Assembly: GCA_021846685.1 (NCBI GenBank)
Contig: JAJZWL010000002.1
Span: forward strand, 9,321 to 73,320
Length of the DNA stretch: 64,000 nucleotides
Origin: a bacterium
GTDB lineage: Bacteria > Patescibacteriota > Dojkabacteria > JAKAPS01 > JAJZLI01
Direction: 5' to 3'
The notes beneath the pieces were generated by a model, which did no database searches, was not told where the DNA came from, and saw only the letters and a program-made list of their open reading frames with translations. Positions 43,872-52,987 of the stretch are shown in pieces (positions within the stretch are counted from its first letter, which is position 1; each line of letters opens with the position of its first letter). The translations under genes were made by a program, and so were the position numbers.

Positions 43872-44648
43872 ATGCCTAAAAAGAAAGTAGATACAGAACA
43901 AAATCAAAATACATCTATACTGAATAAATATATGTTACCTATCTCAATAATTATAGCAGGGGTAATAATTGGAATGGCTATATTTATTTCTTCACGAGGA
44001 ACTTCAAATACAACTCAGAACCTTAATAATACAAATTCTAAAAGTAGTGCAAGTGCTTCACAAACTACTCCTACAAATAATACAAATACCAATACTGTAA
44101 CTGTTTCTCTTGGTTCTAATCCAGTATTAGGAAATATAAAAACTGCAAAAGTGGGTATAGTAGAATTTGGAGATTTTCAGTGCCCATATTGTAAGGAATT
44201 TAATAATTCAGCCTTTCCTACAATTCAAAGTAATTATATTAATAATGGAAAAATAATCTATTCTTTTAGAAATTATCCTCTAACTACAATACATCCATTA
44301 TCACTAGGTATGGCTCAAGAATCTGGGTGTTTCGGAGAACAAGGCAAGTTTTGGGAATTTGTCAGTAAAATGTACAGCACAAATCAAGATACTAATACTC
44401 CTAATGTAGTAGCTCAATATGCCAAAGAAATGGGTTTAAATATGACAGATTATAATAATTGTGTACAAAACGATCCATTTCAATCTAAAATACAAAATGA
44501 TATTAACGCTGGAAATAGAATTAATCTACAAGGAACACCCTCATTTGTTATCGGAAAATATAAAAATAATAAAGTAACAGGACAAATAATACTCGGATCT
44601 AGAGCAGTTTCATACTATGAAACTATATTAAGTCAATACTTAAATTAA
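43872..44648 (+). CDS. Membrane-anchored DsbA/thioredoxin-like disulfide oxidoreductase
   Basis: TM helix, N/T/S linker, EFGDFQCPYC, GKFWE, GTPSF. Confidence 0.9.
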   Translation: MPKKKVDTEQNQNTSILNKYMLPISIIIAGVIIGMAIFISSRGTSNTTQNLNNTNSKSSASASQTTPTNNTNTNTVTVSLGSNPVLGNIKTAKVGIVEFGDFQCPYCKEFNNSAFPTIQSNYINNGKIIYSFRNYPLTTIHPLSLGMAQESGCFGEQGKFWEFVSKMYSTNQDTNTPNVVAQYAKEMGLNMTDYNNCVQNDPFQSKIQNDINAGNRINLQGTPSFVIGKYKNNKVTGQIILGSRAVSYYETILSQYLN

Positions 44649-45647
44649 AAATTTTTCTAATATAGTATATCTTAATCCTCTTCCATTCCCAAAAGAAGCT
44701 AAAATATTTTTATTCTTCATATCATTCAAGTCTCTATATGCAGTCATAGGTGAGATCTTATAGATTCTGGAATATTCCAATCTAGAAATATTCTTATTCT
44801 CTAAAAGGAAGAAAAAAATATTTTGTTGCCTTTGATTTAACCCAGATATTAACTTATTTGATAAAAATTTTCTTTTTTCTAAAGAAATATATTTTAAAAT
44901 ATATTGATACTCATCTCTAAAAGCTTTATTTAATATTTCTGATAAATTATTTATCCAAGTATTAATATCCACTGATATATCTAAATCCTTTTTATTTTCA
45001 TAAAATATCTTCAAATAGGGGATATTAGGGAAAAAATCAATATCAAATAACAATAACTTCATTATAACTACTACACTTAAATCATTTAATGCACAAAAAG
45101 GTTTTAATAAAAAAAGATTATATGTAAGTATAAAAACTTTTAAAATTTTAGGATATTTATCATCTTTATAAAAATTGAATAACTCATATAATGAATCATG
45201 AATTTTATCATCATCTACAATTTGTTTTTCTTTTAAAAAATCATATTCTCCATTATATGGAAAATCTGCATTTCTTAATTTACCACTCTCCCAAACCTCT
45301 ACAGTTTTTTCAGTTAATACTTTATTTATCCTAGAAATAACATTCAAAGAAAAAATATCATTTTTATAGATATCAAAAGATGGTATCATTTCATTGCTAT
45401 TTCGATATCCTGATGTAATATGATTATAAAAATTATCTTCAATTTTATGTAACCCAAGAGCATAGGTTTTAATATCAATCGTATCAATTTCTAAATTTAA
45501 TAACTTAGAAAAGTATATAAAATCCTCAATATTGATCTCTTCAGAAACTTTATGTGAAATATCTAGTAATTTAAGTTTAGAGTTTATTTCTACTAAATTT
45601 ATTAAATTATTAAATAAATTTAAAGAAATATCACAGTTTAATTGCAT
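44640..45647 (-). CDS. Degenerate Fic-domain protein with C-terminal winged HTH
   Basis: GKLR, LKPFCALND in place of HPFxDGNGR; LNQRQ..I....IS..TAYRDL....G.GR..RY. Confidence 0.7.
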   Translation of the reverse strand: MQLNCDISLNLFNNLINLVEINSKLKLLDISHKVSEEINIEDFIYFSKLLNLEIDTIDIKTYALGLHKIEDNFYNHITSGYRNSNEMIPSFDIYKNDIFSLNVISRINKVLTEKTVEVWESGKLRNADFPYNGEYDFLKEKQIVDDDKIHDSLYELFNFYKDDKYPKILKVFILTYNLFLLKPFCALNDLSVVVIMKLLLFDIDFFPNIPYLKIFYENKKDLDISVDINTWINNLSEILNKAFRDEYQYILKYISLEKRKFLSNKLISGLNQRQQNIFFFLLENKNISRLEYSRIYKISPMTAYRDLNDMKNKNILASFGNGRGLRYTILEKFLI

Positions 45648-45650
45648 AAG

Positions 45651-46835
45651 TTATTTTGAAACTACTTTTCTCAAAAATGCAGGAGTATCATAATCATCAT
45701 CTTCATCTTTAACATCAAACCCTGATTTTTTTTGTTCTTGAGGAATAGTATGTGATGAAGAATCATAATCATTATCTTCCTCTTCAATTGTATCTTTTTC
45801 ATCATCTACTTTTACTGAAAAATCGTCCTTATGTGTATGTATATAATCAGCATCCCTAATAATTACATCTTGTCTTTCTTTATCAAATCCAGTTGCTAAA
45901 ACATTGACTCTAATGGATCCATCTTGAATACTGTCATCAATACTTGCTCCAAATATAATATTAGCTTCTTTATCTGCAGATCCAGATATAATGCTAGCGG
46001 CATCATCTACTTCATGCATAGATAAATCAGTACCTGCTGTAATATTAAATAAGACACCAGTAGCTCCATTTATAGAAAGTTCTAATAGGGGACTATTAAC
46101 TGCTTGTTTTGCTGCTTCCTTTGCCCTATCATCTCCAGTAGATATTCCCATACCCATTAGAGCCGTTCCGGCTTCAACCATGATTGATTTAATATCAGCA
46201 AAGTCTACATTTATCATACCCGCTTTAGTTATCAATTCAGAAATACTCTTTACTCCTTGTCCTAATATATCATCAACCGTCTGCATTGCTTCTACAAAAG
46301 TAATCTTTTTATCAATTATATCTAATAATCTTTGATTTGGAATAACAATAAGTGTATCAACTTTACCTTTTAAATCTTCAATACCCTCAATAGCTGTCTG
46401 AGTTCGTCTATTTCCTTCAAAAGCAAATGGTTTTGTAACAACACCTACAGTTAAAGCTCCTAAATTTTTTGCTATACCTGCAATAACTGGAGAAGCACCA
46501 GTTCCTGTTCCTCCTCCCATACCTGCGGTAATAAAGACCATATCAGCTCCTGAAAGAGCATCATGAATAAGATCAATACTTTCTTCAGCAGCTTGCTTTC
46601 CTACTGAAGCAACTCCTCCTGATCCTAATCCTTTAGTGAGTTCACTACCTATCTGAATCTTTGTTTCTGATAAAGAATTTTTTAATGCTTGGGAGTCTGT
46701 ATTAATAGCAACAAAATCAACACCTGTAATATTATATACAGATATCATAGTATTAACAGCATTATTACCACCGCCACCAACTCCAACTACCTTTATTTTC
46801 GCAGAATTATCAAATGCCTGAGGTTTTACCAACAT
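45651..46835 (-). CDS. ftsZ: Cell division protein FtsZ
   Basis: [30 protein letters not shown] tail. Confidence 0.98.
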   Translation of the reverse strand: MLVKPQAFDNSAKIKVVGVGGGGNNAVNTMISVYNITGVDFVAINTDSQALKNSLSETKIQIGSELTKGLGSGGVASVGKQAAEESIDLIHDALSGADMVFITAGMGGGTGTGASPVIAGIAKNLGALTVGVVTKPFAFEGNRRTQTAIEGIEDLKGKVDTLIVIPNQRLLDIIDKKITFVEAMQTVDDILGQGVKSISELITKAGMINVDFADIKSIMVEAGTALMGMGISTGDDRAKEAAKQAVNSPLLELSINGATGVLFNITAGTDLSMHEVDDAASIISGSADKEANIIFGASIDDSIQDGSIRVNVLATGFDKERQDVIIRDADYIHTHKDDFSVKVDDEKDTIEEEDNDYDSSSHTIPQEQKKSGFDVKDEDDDYDTPAFLRKVVSK

Positions 46836-46895
46836 ATTTTGATATATAAAATTTTATAATAAACATTAAACCATAAAAACACTATTAAATCAATA

Positions 46896-48197
46896 TTAAG
46901 GAATTAATGTTTTAATCCAGTCAACAAATCCCTTAGCTTTATTACTAAAATCTTTAGATGATACAGAATTTAGAATTTTATCTTTTGATAAAGATGCTTC
47001 TCCATGATTAACTATCCCCTGAACAGTAGAGAAAGAAGGCCCAGAAATTTCACCATTTAATGCAGAATATTTTGTAGGATATCCAACCCTAGCTGAAGTA
47101 TTAAAGAATCTTTGTGCCATTTTAGAAATAGAATAAAGCTTTGCGCCCCCACCTGTTAATACAAAACCAGCAGGCATACTAACATCAAATCCAGCTTTTT
47201 TTATATTAGATTTAACATTAAGAAATATCTCATCTATTCTTGCTTCAATAATTTCATCTATCATACTCTTTCTAACTTCATCAAATCCTGAATCAGATTC
47301 AATTCCAATATCAGAAAGTTTTAATATTAAATCATTATTCATTAATGATGTAGATATATCCTTTTTCGTATATTTACTTTCTTTATCAGCTTTTTCCTGT
47401 CTTTGTTGTGCTTTTTTTATTAAGATAGGGTAATTACATTTTATTTTCTCAGCTTCTTCTATTGTAAGTCTTAATCCTATTGCTAAGTCATTTGTAATAT
47501 TAGCACTTCCTATTGGAATTGAACTTGAAAAAGCAATAGAGTCATCATGATATAGAACTAGATCTGTAACACCAAATCCTATATCTAATAAGACTACTCC
47601 TAAGTCTTTTTCAGTTTGATTAAGAATTATTTCTGCATCTGCCCATCCAGAGAATACAATATCCACAACTGACAATCCTACTTGTGATACACACTTTTTC
47701 AAATTATGTAACACCATACTACTCACAGTAATAATATGAGTATCCATCTCTAATCTTATCCCAGACATTCCTATTGGATCTTTAATTCCTCCTTGAGAAT
47801 CGACTACATACTCCCTTGCAATAGTATGTAATATCTCAACAGATTGTGGAATAGATACTGCTACAGAACTTTCTCTGACTCTAGAGATATCCTCATAGGA
47901 TATTTCATCATTTGATATAGCAATAACACCTTTATTATTAGTACTTGATATTTGTCTGCAACCTAAACTTATATATGCATTAGAAACTCTTATTCCAGCC
48001 ATTCTTTCTGCAGCCTCTAAACTTTCAGATATACAATGAACTGCATCATCTATATTTACAATAACACCTTTCTTAATACCACTACTTTTATAGCTAGACA
48101 CACCTAATACAGAAATATTCTCTTCATCAACATTTATAATTAAAGTTGTAATTTTAGAAGATCCTATATCAATCCCCGTAACTATTCCTTTTGACAT
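46896..48197 (-). CDS. ftsA: Cell division protein FtsA
   Basis: GIDIGSSKI, G.KKG...I, AERMAG, DIG.G.TD, VLTGGGAKL. Confidence 0.95.
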   Translation of the reverse strand: MSKGIVTGIDIGSSKITTLIINVDEENISVLGVSSYKSSGIKKGVIVNIDDAVHCISESLEAAERMAGIRVSNAYISLGCRQISSTNNKGVIAISNDEISYEDISRVRESSVAVSIPQSVEILHTIAREYVVDSQGGIKDPIGMSGIRLEMDTHIITVSSMVLHNLKKCVSQVGLSVVDIVFSGWADAEIILNQTEKDLGVVLLDIGFGVTDLVLYHDDSIAFSSSIPIGSANITNDLAIGLRLTIEEAEKIKCNYPILIKKAQQRQEKADKESKYTKKDISTSLMNNDLILKLSDIGIESDSGFDEVRKSMIDEIIEARIDEIFLNVKSNIKKAGFDVSMPAGFVLTGGGAKLYSISKMAQRFFNTSARVGYPTKYSALNGEISGPSFSTVQGIVNHGEASLSKDKILNSVSSKDFSNKAKGFVDWIKTLIP

Positions 48198-48220
48198 AAT
48201 ATTTTAATAAATATTAAAAA

Positions 48221-48249
48221 GTATACATTAATATTTTTATATCTACAAT
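48221..48249 (-). promoter_or_regulatory. Possible internal promoter for ftsA-ftsZ
   Basis: Minus strand TTGTAG, 17-bp spacer, TATACT. Confidence 0.45.
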
Positions 48250-48250
48250 A

Positions 48251-48922
48251 TTAATACTGACAGAAAATTCTACTAAATTCAACATTTATTACATTACATT
48301 TATTATTACTAGTAGTTAATACACCTGTCAATTGATTAATTTGTGTAATTAGTGATTTATGAAAGTTAAATAACACTGTAGGACCATTATTTAAATATAA
48401 AGTCACAATATTATTATTTACTTCATATTTTTTAACAGAAAATATAAATTGTTTAGAAATATCATTAATCAATTTAGACATTAATAAAGAATGACTCAAA
48501 GTATTAGAATATACAATAGGAATATTGCTTTTATAATAACCTTTTATACTATTACCACTATTTGAGACCCAATAATATCTCGAATCTACCTTATCTAAAT
48601 ATTCAATATTTTTATTTTTAATATCTATAATCAGGGTAGAGGGATATTTTTTTTCTATATTAATATATGAGACAAATGGATACTTAGAAGATATAGCATT
48701 TTTAATTTCAGAATTATTTAAAAACAGAATATTATTATTTATGAAATTATTTTTTATAGAATTAGAATACACAGAAGAGTCATAGATTCCATAAATTTTA
48801 ACTTTGTGAATTCTAAAAAATATGAAAGAAAACACAATTAAGATAATAATTAATAATACTATAAATATCAAAAAAATATTGTGATTTATCTTTTTTTTAT
48901 CTATATATTGATTACTTTTCAT
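48251..48922 (-). CDS. ftsQ: FtsQ/DivIB-like cell division protein
   Basis: Basic N-terminus, TM helix, POTRA-like (F.I..V.I.G, I.KKYPSTL.I); upstream of ftsA. Confidence 0.75.
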   Translation of the reverse strand: MKSNQYIDKKKINHNIFLIFIVLLIIILIVFSFIFFRIHKVKIYGIYDSSVYSNSIKNNFINNNILFLNNSEIKNAISSKYPFVSYINIEKKYPSTLIIDIKNKNIEYLDKVDSRYYWVSNSGNSIKGYYKSNIPIVYSNTLSHSLLMSKLINDISKQFIFSVKKYEVNNNIVTLYLNNGPTVLFNFHKSLITQINQLTGVLTTSNNKCNVINVEFSRIFCQY

Positions 48923-48942
48923 ATATATACTATATTATAATT

Positions 48943-50154
48943 GTGAAACATATAAAAGAAAACAGAAAAGGTCAAGCACTTATAGTAGTTTTACTTATTG
49001 GTATAGTTATCCTCATATTAATAATGACGTTAACCTCTTCTGTTACGAAAAGCCAACAACAAAATAATCAAAATTATGATGGACAGCTAGCCTTTACTTC
49101 AGCTCAATCTGAAGCTCAAAATGGAGTTAATCAGATTAATAACACAAATAATAATAGTAAAGCTCCTCAAAATATATCCACTACAAAGTCTGAATCATGT
49201 ACTGTATCATCAGCTTCTAGTCTTAAAAATTGTCAGTATAATATTACTTCGAAAGGATTATCTGGGACAACAACAACAGTAAATCTTCCTCATGGAGTAA
49301 TGTTACCTATAAATCTACTCTCTTTAACAGGATCAGCTTCCTCAACTAGTAATCTTTCATATACCATTGCAGGAGCCACTGGTGATTCATTACAATTAAT
49401 TTATTTAACTGGACCAAGTGGAAGTGAGACTATGAATACTAAAATAATAAGTTCCATTCCTTCTTCCTATACATCGTCTTTAAGTGGATCAGGGATATCA
49501 GTATTATATTTAGAACTCCTTGGAAGCAAAGGAGGTACAGTGACATATTCAGGAACAACCACTTCATCATCTACTACTACTACACCACACACAGGGACTG
49601 TATATACAGATACGGGTGGATCATGGGGAGGATACTACCCTCCTCAAGGAATATGGAATAGCCCTAATGCTGAAAATGGTGCAATTAATGGAGTTCCTCT
49701 TGTATTTGCAAATCAATTTACATTAACATCTTCGCAAACTGTTACTTTTCATCTATTTACAGATGATACATCAACTATATATTTAAATGGGAATCCAATT
49801 TATTTTGATCAAGGTCCATGGAATTCATCTGGAGCAAACGTACTAACTTTTCCATACACTATACCTGCCGGTACAAATACCATAGATGTATTTGCAGAAA
49901 ATACAGATGGACAAAATCCTGTTTCAACTGGTGGACCATATAACCCAGCAGATTTATCATTACAAGCGACTACATCAACAGGAAACACAATAGTATCAAC
50001 AAGTAATCCAAGTTCATGGACAGTATATCAACCATCAAGCTCTAATCCATATATTTACAGAGGAACAAATCAATCATCATCTGGGACACCAACTGGCCCA
50101 TATACAACATCAAGTGGAATACCTACTGGTCCTTCATATTTAAATCTACCTTAA
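48943..50154 (+). CDS. PilX/GspK-like minor pilin with S/T-rich linker and beta-sandwich (lectin-like) domain
   Basis: Class III signal RKG|QALIVVLL, A...A.S..Q.G; TDD...IYLNG and G.NTI.V motif. Confidence 0.7.
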   Translation: MKHIKENRKGQALIVVLLIGIVILILIMTLTSSVTKSQQQNNQNYDGQLAFTSAQSEAQNGVNQINNTNNNSKAPQNISTTKSESCTVSSASSLKNCQYNITSKGLSGTTTTVNLPHGVMLPINLLSLTGSASSTSNLSYTIAGATGDSLQLIYLTGPSGSETMNTKIISSIPSSYTSSLSGSGISVLYLELLGSKGGTVTYSGTTTSSSTTTTPHTGTVYTDTGGSWGGYYPPQGIWNSPNAENGAINGVPLVFANQFTLTSSQTVTFHLFTDDTSTIYLNGNPIYFDQGPWNSSGANVLTFPYTIPAGTNTIDVFAENTDGQNPVSTGGPYNPADLSLQATTSTGNTIVSTSNPSSWTVYQPSSSNPYIYRGTNQSSSGTPTGPYTTSSGIPTGPSYLNLP

Positions 50155-50172
50155 ATATAAATTAATCCAATA

Positions 50173-50835
50173 TTATTTATTCTTCTGACTTCCTCTTATA
50201 ACAATCCTTATAAAAAAAGCTGTAATTAAAGTTAATAGAATAAGATATATAATTTCAATTACTACACTATTAAATTGAGACAGGAATGCTATTAAGTTTG
50301 GATAATACTTTCCTAAAAACAGGCCTAGTATAAGATAAAATACAGTCCATATAATAGTAGCAAATAATGTCGTAGACATAAATTTATAATACTTAAACCT
50401 AAATAAACCTCCTATTACATTAGAAAGTATTCTTAACCCAAAAACCCATCTACCAACAAGAATAGATACAAATCCATGAGATAAAAACCATTCCTGTACA
50501 TCAAGAACTCTCGATTTCGGCATAAAAATATATCTCCCATATTTTTCTATAAAATTTAATCCTTTCCAATATAAAATAGAGTAGAGTATACTAGCCCCAA
50601 TAAATGTAGATAATAGTACTACTAAAATTATTGATATCAAATTAACATGTCCTAATGACAGACTATATCCTGCAAGAAAAAGAAAGAATTCTCCAGGAAT
50701 AGGCATAGGAACACCCATTTCCTCTAATAATATAAATAAAAATAAAAATAAATAAATATTAGGAAATATTACATAATTAATAATATGAGAAATATGTTGT
50801 ATTGAAATTATTGATAAGAATGTATTAAAAAACAT
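50173..50835 (-). CDS. DedA family membrane protein
   Basis: LEE.G.P.PGE..L..AG, WF..HG...ILVGR...G.R. Confidence 0.92.
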   Translation of the reverse strand: MFFNTFLSIISIQHISHIINYVIFPNIYLFLFLFILLEEMGVPMPIPGEFFLFLAGYSLSLGHVNLISIILVVLLSTFIGASILYSILYWKGLNFIEKYGRYIFMPKSRVLDVQEWFLSHGFVSILVGRWVFGLRILSNVIGGLFRFKYYKFMSTTLFATIIWTVFYLILGLFLGKYYPNLIAFLSQFNSVVIEIIYLILLTLITAFFIRIVIRGSQKNK

Positions 50836-51467
50836 TAACCTTTACCTTTGCCTTGTAAAAAACCTAGTATATTAATCAAAGCTAGAAATATATTAACAAA
50901 ATCAAGATATAGAGACAAAGCAGCCATATACTCATTTGTCATATTAGGATTTTCTAAAATATTAGAAATATCATAAAGAATAAATCCAGAGAAAATTAAT
51001 ACTACTGCAACTGATATATAAAAATTAAAAATAGGACTTCTAAGAAATATATTAACAATCCCTGCTATAATAATCCCTACTAAAGCTATAATCAAAAATA
51101 CCCAAATTTTAGAATTTACTAAATTAATATTAAAAAAATAGACAATTGATGTAAGAAGTATGAATATAACAGCAGTTATAGCAAGTGCTTCAAAAATTAT
51201 TGATCCTGCACCTATACTAAAAAATGAATAAATGATTGGTCCTATTGTTAATCCTGATATAAAAGTAAATGCAAAAAGCAAAATTGGTGCTAATGTGGGT
51301 CTATTCCTTACAAAACCGATTCCGAATATTAATGCAAACTCTATAATTATAAGTATAAGAAATAATCCAGATGGAACATATTTTGATAAATACACCCCAA
51401 ATACGGCTACAATTAAGGATAATGTGAATATTGTTAAAACTCTAGTTAAAAAACTTGTTTGCACCAT
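50835..51467 (-). CDS. Bax inhibitor-1/YccA family membrane protein
   Basis: LF.FT..SG.T..P, FSG.ILYD, AALSLYLDFVNIF. Confidence 0.92.
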   Translation of the reverse strand: MVQTSFLTRVLTIFTLSLIVAVFGVYLSKYVPSGLFLILIIIEFALIFGIGFVRNRPTLAPILLFAFTFISGLTIGPIIYSFFSIGAGSIIFEALAITAVIFILLTSIVYFFNINLVNSKIWVFLIIALVGIIIAGIVNIFLRSPIFNFYISVAVVLIFSGFILYDISNILENPNMTNEYMAALSLYLDFVNIFLALINILGFLQGKGKG

Positions 51468-51526
51468 GAATCTAATTTTATCATAACTTAGAAAAAAAAC
51501 AAAAATCTGATAAAATATACTAATAT

Positions 51527-51598
51527 GCCGATATAGCTTAAATGGTAAAGCATCACTTTCGTAAAGTGGAGTTAGCAGTTCGATTCTGCTTTTCGGCT
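51527..51598 (+). tRNA. tRNA-Thr(CGT), no encoded CCA
   Basis: Cloverleaf: acceptor GCCGATA/TTTCGGC (one U-U), D stem GCTT/AAGC, anticodon loop TTCGTAA, T arm AGCAG-TTCGATT-CTGCT. Confidence 0.9.
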
Positions 51599-51611
51599 TT
51601 TAAAATACAAT

Positions 51612-51683
51612 GTGAGAGTAGTTCAGTGGTAGAATGCTTCCTTCCCAAGGAAGAGGTCGCGGGTTCGAATCCCGTTTCTCACT
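51612..51683 (+). tRNA. tRNA-Gly(CCC), no encoded CCA
   Basis: Acceptor GTGAGAG/TTCTCAC, anticodon arm CTTCC-TTCCCAA-GGAAG, T arm GCGGG-TTCGAAT-CCCGT, discriminator U. Confidence 0.92.
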
Positions 51684-51771
51684 TTGATATACTAAAATCA
51701 CACCAATTAAATAATCAAGGTAAATAAAGAAATTTCACTTTACTGAGTTTAACTTAAGTCTAATAAAAAAA

Positions 51772-52293
51772 CTATGATTCAGAAGGAACAATTCCTGTAA
51801 CTTCTATTTTAGAAAGCACTTTTTGAAAATACACTCTCAAATATAATTTTGATTTTCCTATATAAAAATATATAAGGTATGAATTATTTATCTGTTTTAC
51901 AAATTTTATATTTTCTCCAATATTATAAATTCCTAAAGATTTTTTTATATCTAATACATAATCTTTACTCTGATATTTTGCATATAAACTATTCATATAA
52001 TTTTGAGATAAGATATTTGAAATATTTTGATTATCTTTATACAAATCAGTAAATGCTATTTTTATAGCTTTTTCTTCAGGATTTAAAGTTACTACATTTT
52101 TATTACTTTTAATATTGTTTTGAGTATAACTAAATTTAATAAATTTAGAATGAGATAAAAAGTCTGAATTTGCAATATATTTAAATATCAATCCAAACAA
52201 AAAATTAAATGCTACTACACCAATTAGAATAAAAAAACATAATTCTATAAAAAATGATATTTCCTCTGAATTCTCTCTAATCTTATTACCCAT
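51772..52293 (-). CDS. Hypothetical membrane-anchored protein
   Basis: 173-aa ORF with N-terminal TM; TGGTATAAT 6 nt before the ATG. Confidence 0.65.
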   Translation of the reverse strand: MGNKIRENSEEISFFIELCFFILIGVVAFNFLFGLIFKYIANSDFLSHSKFIKFSYTQNNIKSNKNVVTLNPEEKAIKIAFTDLYKDNQNISNILSQNYMNSLYAKYQSKDYVLDIKKSLGIYNIGENIKFVKQINNSYLIYFYIGKSKLYLRVYFQKVLSKIEVTGIVPSES

Positions 52294-52341
52294 TTAAAAA
52301 TTATACCAAAAAAGAGATTAAAAAGGATAGTTATTTTTAAT

Positions 52342-52415
52342 CGGTTGTGAACGGATTCGAACCGTCGATCTTCTCCGTGACAGGGAGACATGTTAGGCCA
52401 CTACACCACACAACC
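52342..52415 (-). tRNA. tRNA-Asp(GTC), no encoded CCA
   Basis: Minus strand: acceptor GGTTGTG/CACAACC, anticodon arm TCTCC-CTGTCAC-GGAGA, T loop GGTTCGAATCC, discriminator G. Confidence 0.93.
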
Positions 52416-52459
52416 TTATATAAAGAATAATGAATTATTACATAAAAACTACTTTTTTA

Positions 52460-52987
52460 TCAACCTTTTACGTAGTAAATAGGAAAGCCTTTATTATATA
52501 TAGTCTTTCTAATATTATTATCCATAAAATAATAGGATCCATTATATTTAAAAACATAGTAATTAGAAATATTATGAGGAGGTGAGAAATTTATTTTCAA
52601 AGTATTTAAATAAGGTTTTAAAGACAAATAAAATTCACTTAAACTAGTACATTTATTTTTTATAGAAGATACCGATGCACTACAATAGGGAGCAGTACCT
52701 GAGACTCCGTTTACTTTTATATTAATTAACTTAGAAACAGAATTTATATTTAATTTTGCACTATTAGGATAATGTGAAAATGCATTTTTTATTTCACTTA
52801 TATTTTGTTTAATCTGTTCATTCAATGATATAGCATAATCATTACTAACTGAGGTTAATGGTTCTTGAACATTATAAACTTGAACTGGTTTAGTATTTGA
52901 AAAACTAATAAAATAAAGAAAAAAGAAAACTACTATAAAAAAATATAGGACTACTATAAGAAAAAACACAGAATCTCTCTTTTTCAT
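52460..52987 (-). CDS. Hypothetical membrane-anchored protein
   Basis: N-terminal TM, Cys pair; start overlaps the upstream stop. Confidence 0.65.
   Translation of the reverse strand: MKKRDSVFFLIVVLYFFIVVFFFLYFISFSNTKPVQVYNVQEPLTSVSNDYAISLNEQIKQNISEIKNAFSHYPNSAKLNINSVSKLINIKVNGVSGTAPYCSASVSSIKNKCTSLSEFYLSLKPYLNTLKINFSPPHNISNYYVFKYNGSYYFMDNNIRKTIYNKGFPIYYVKG

Noticed and set aside
51542..51727. 61-aa ORF in the track
   Set aside because: It overlaps tRNA-Thr and tRNA-Gly and is a spurious translation of RNA genes
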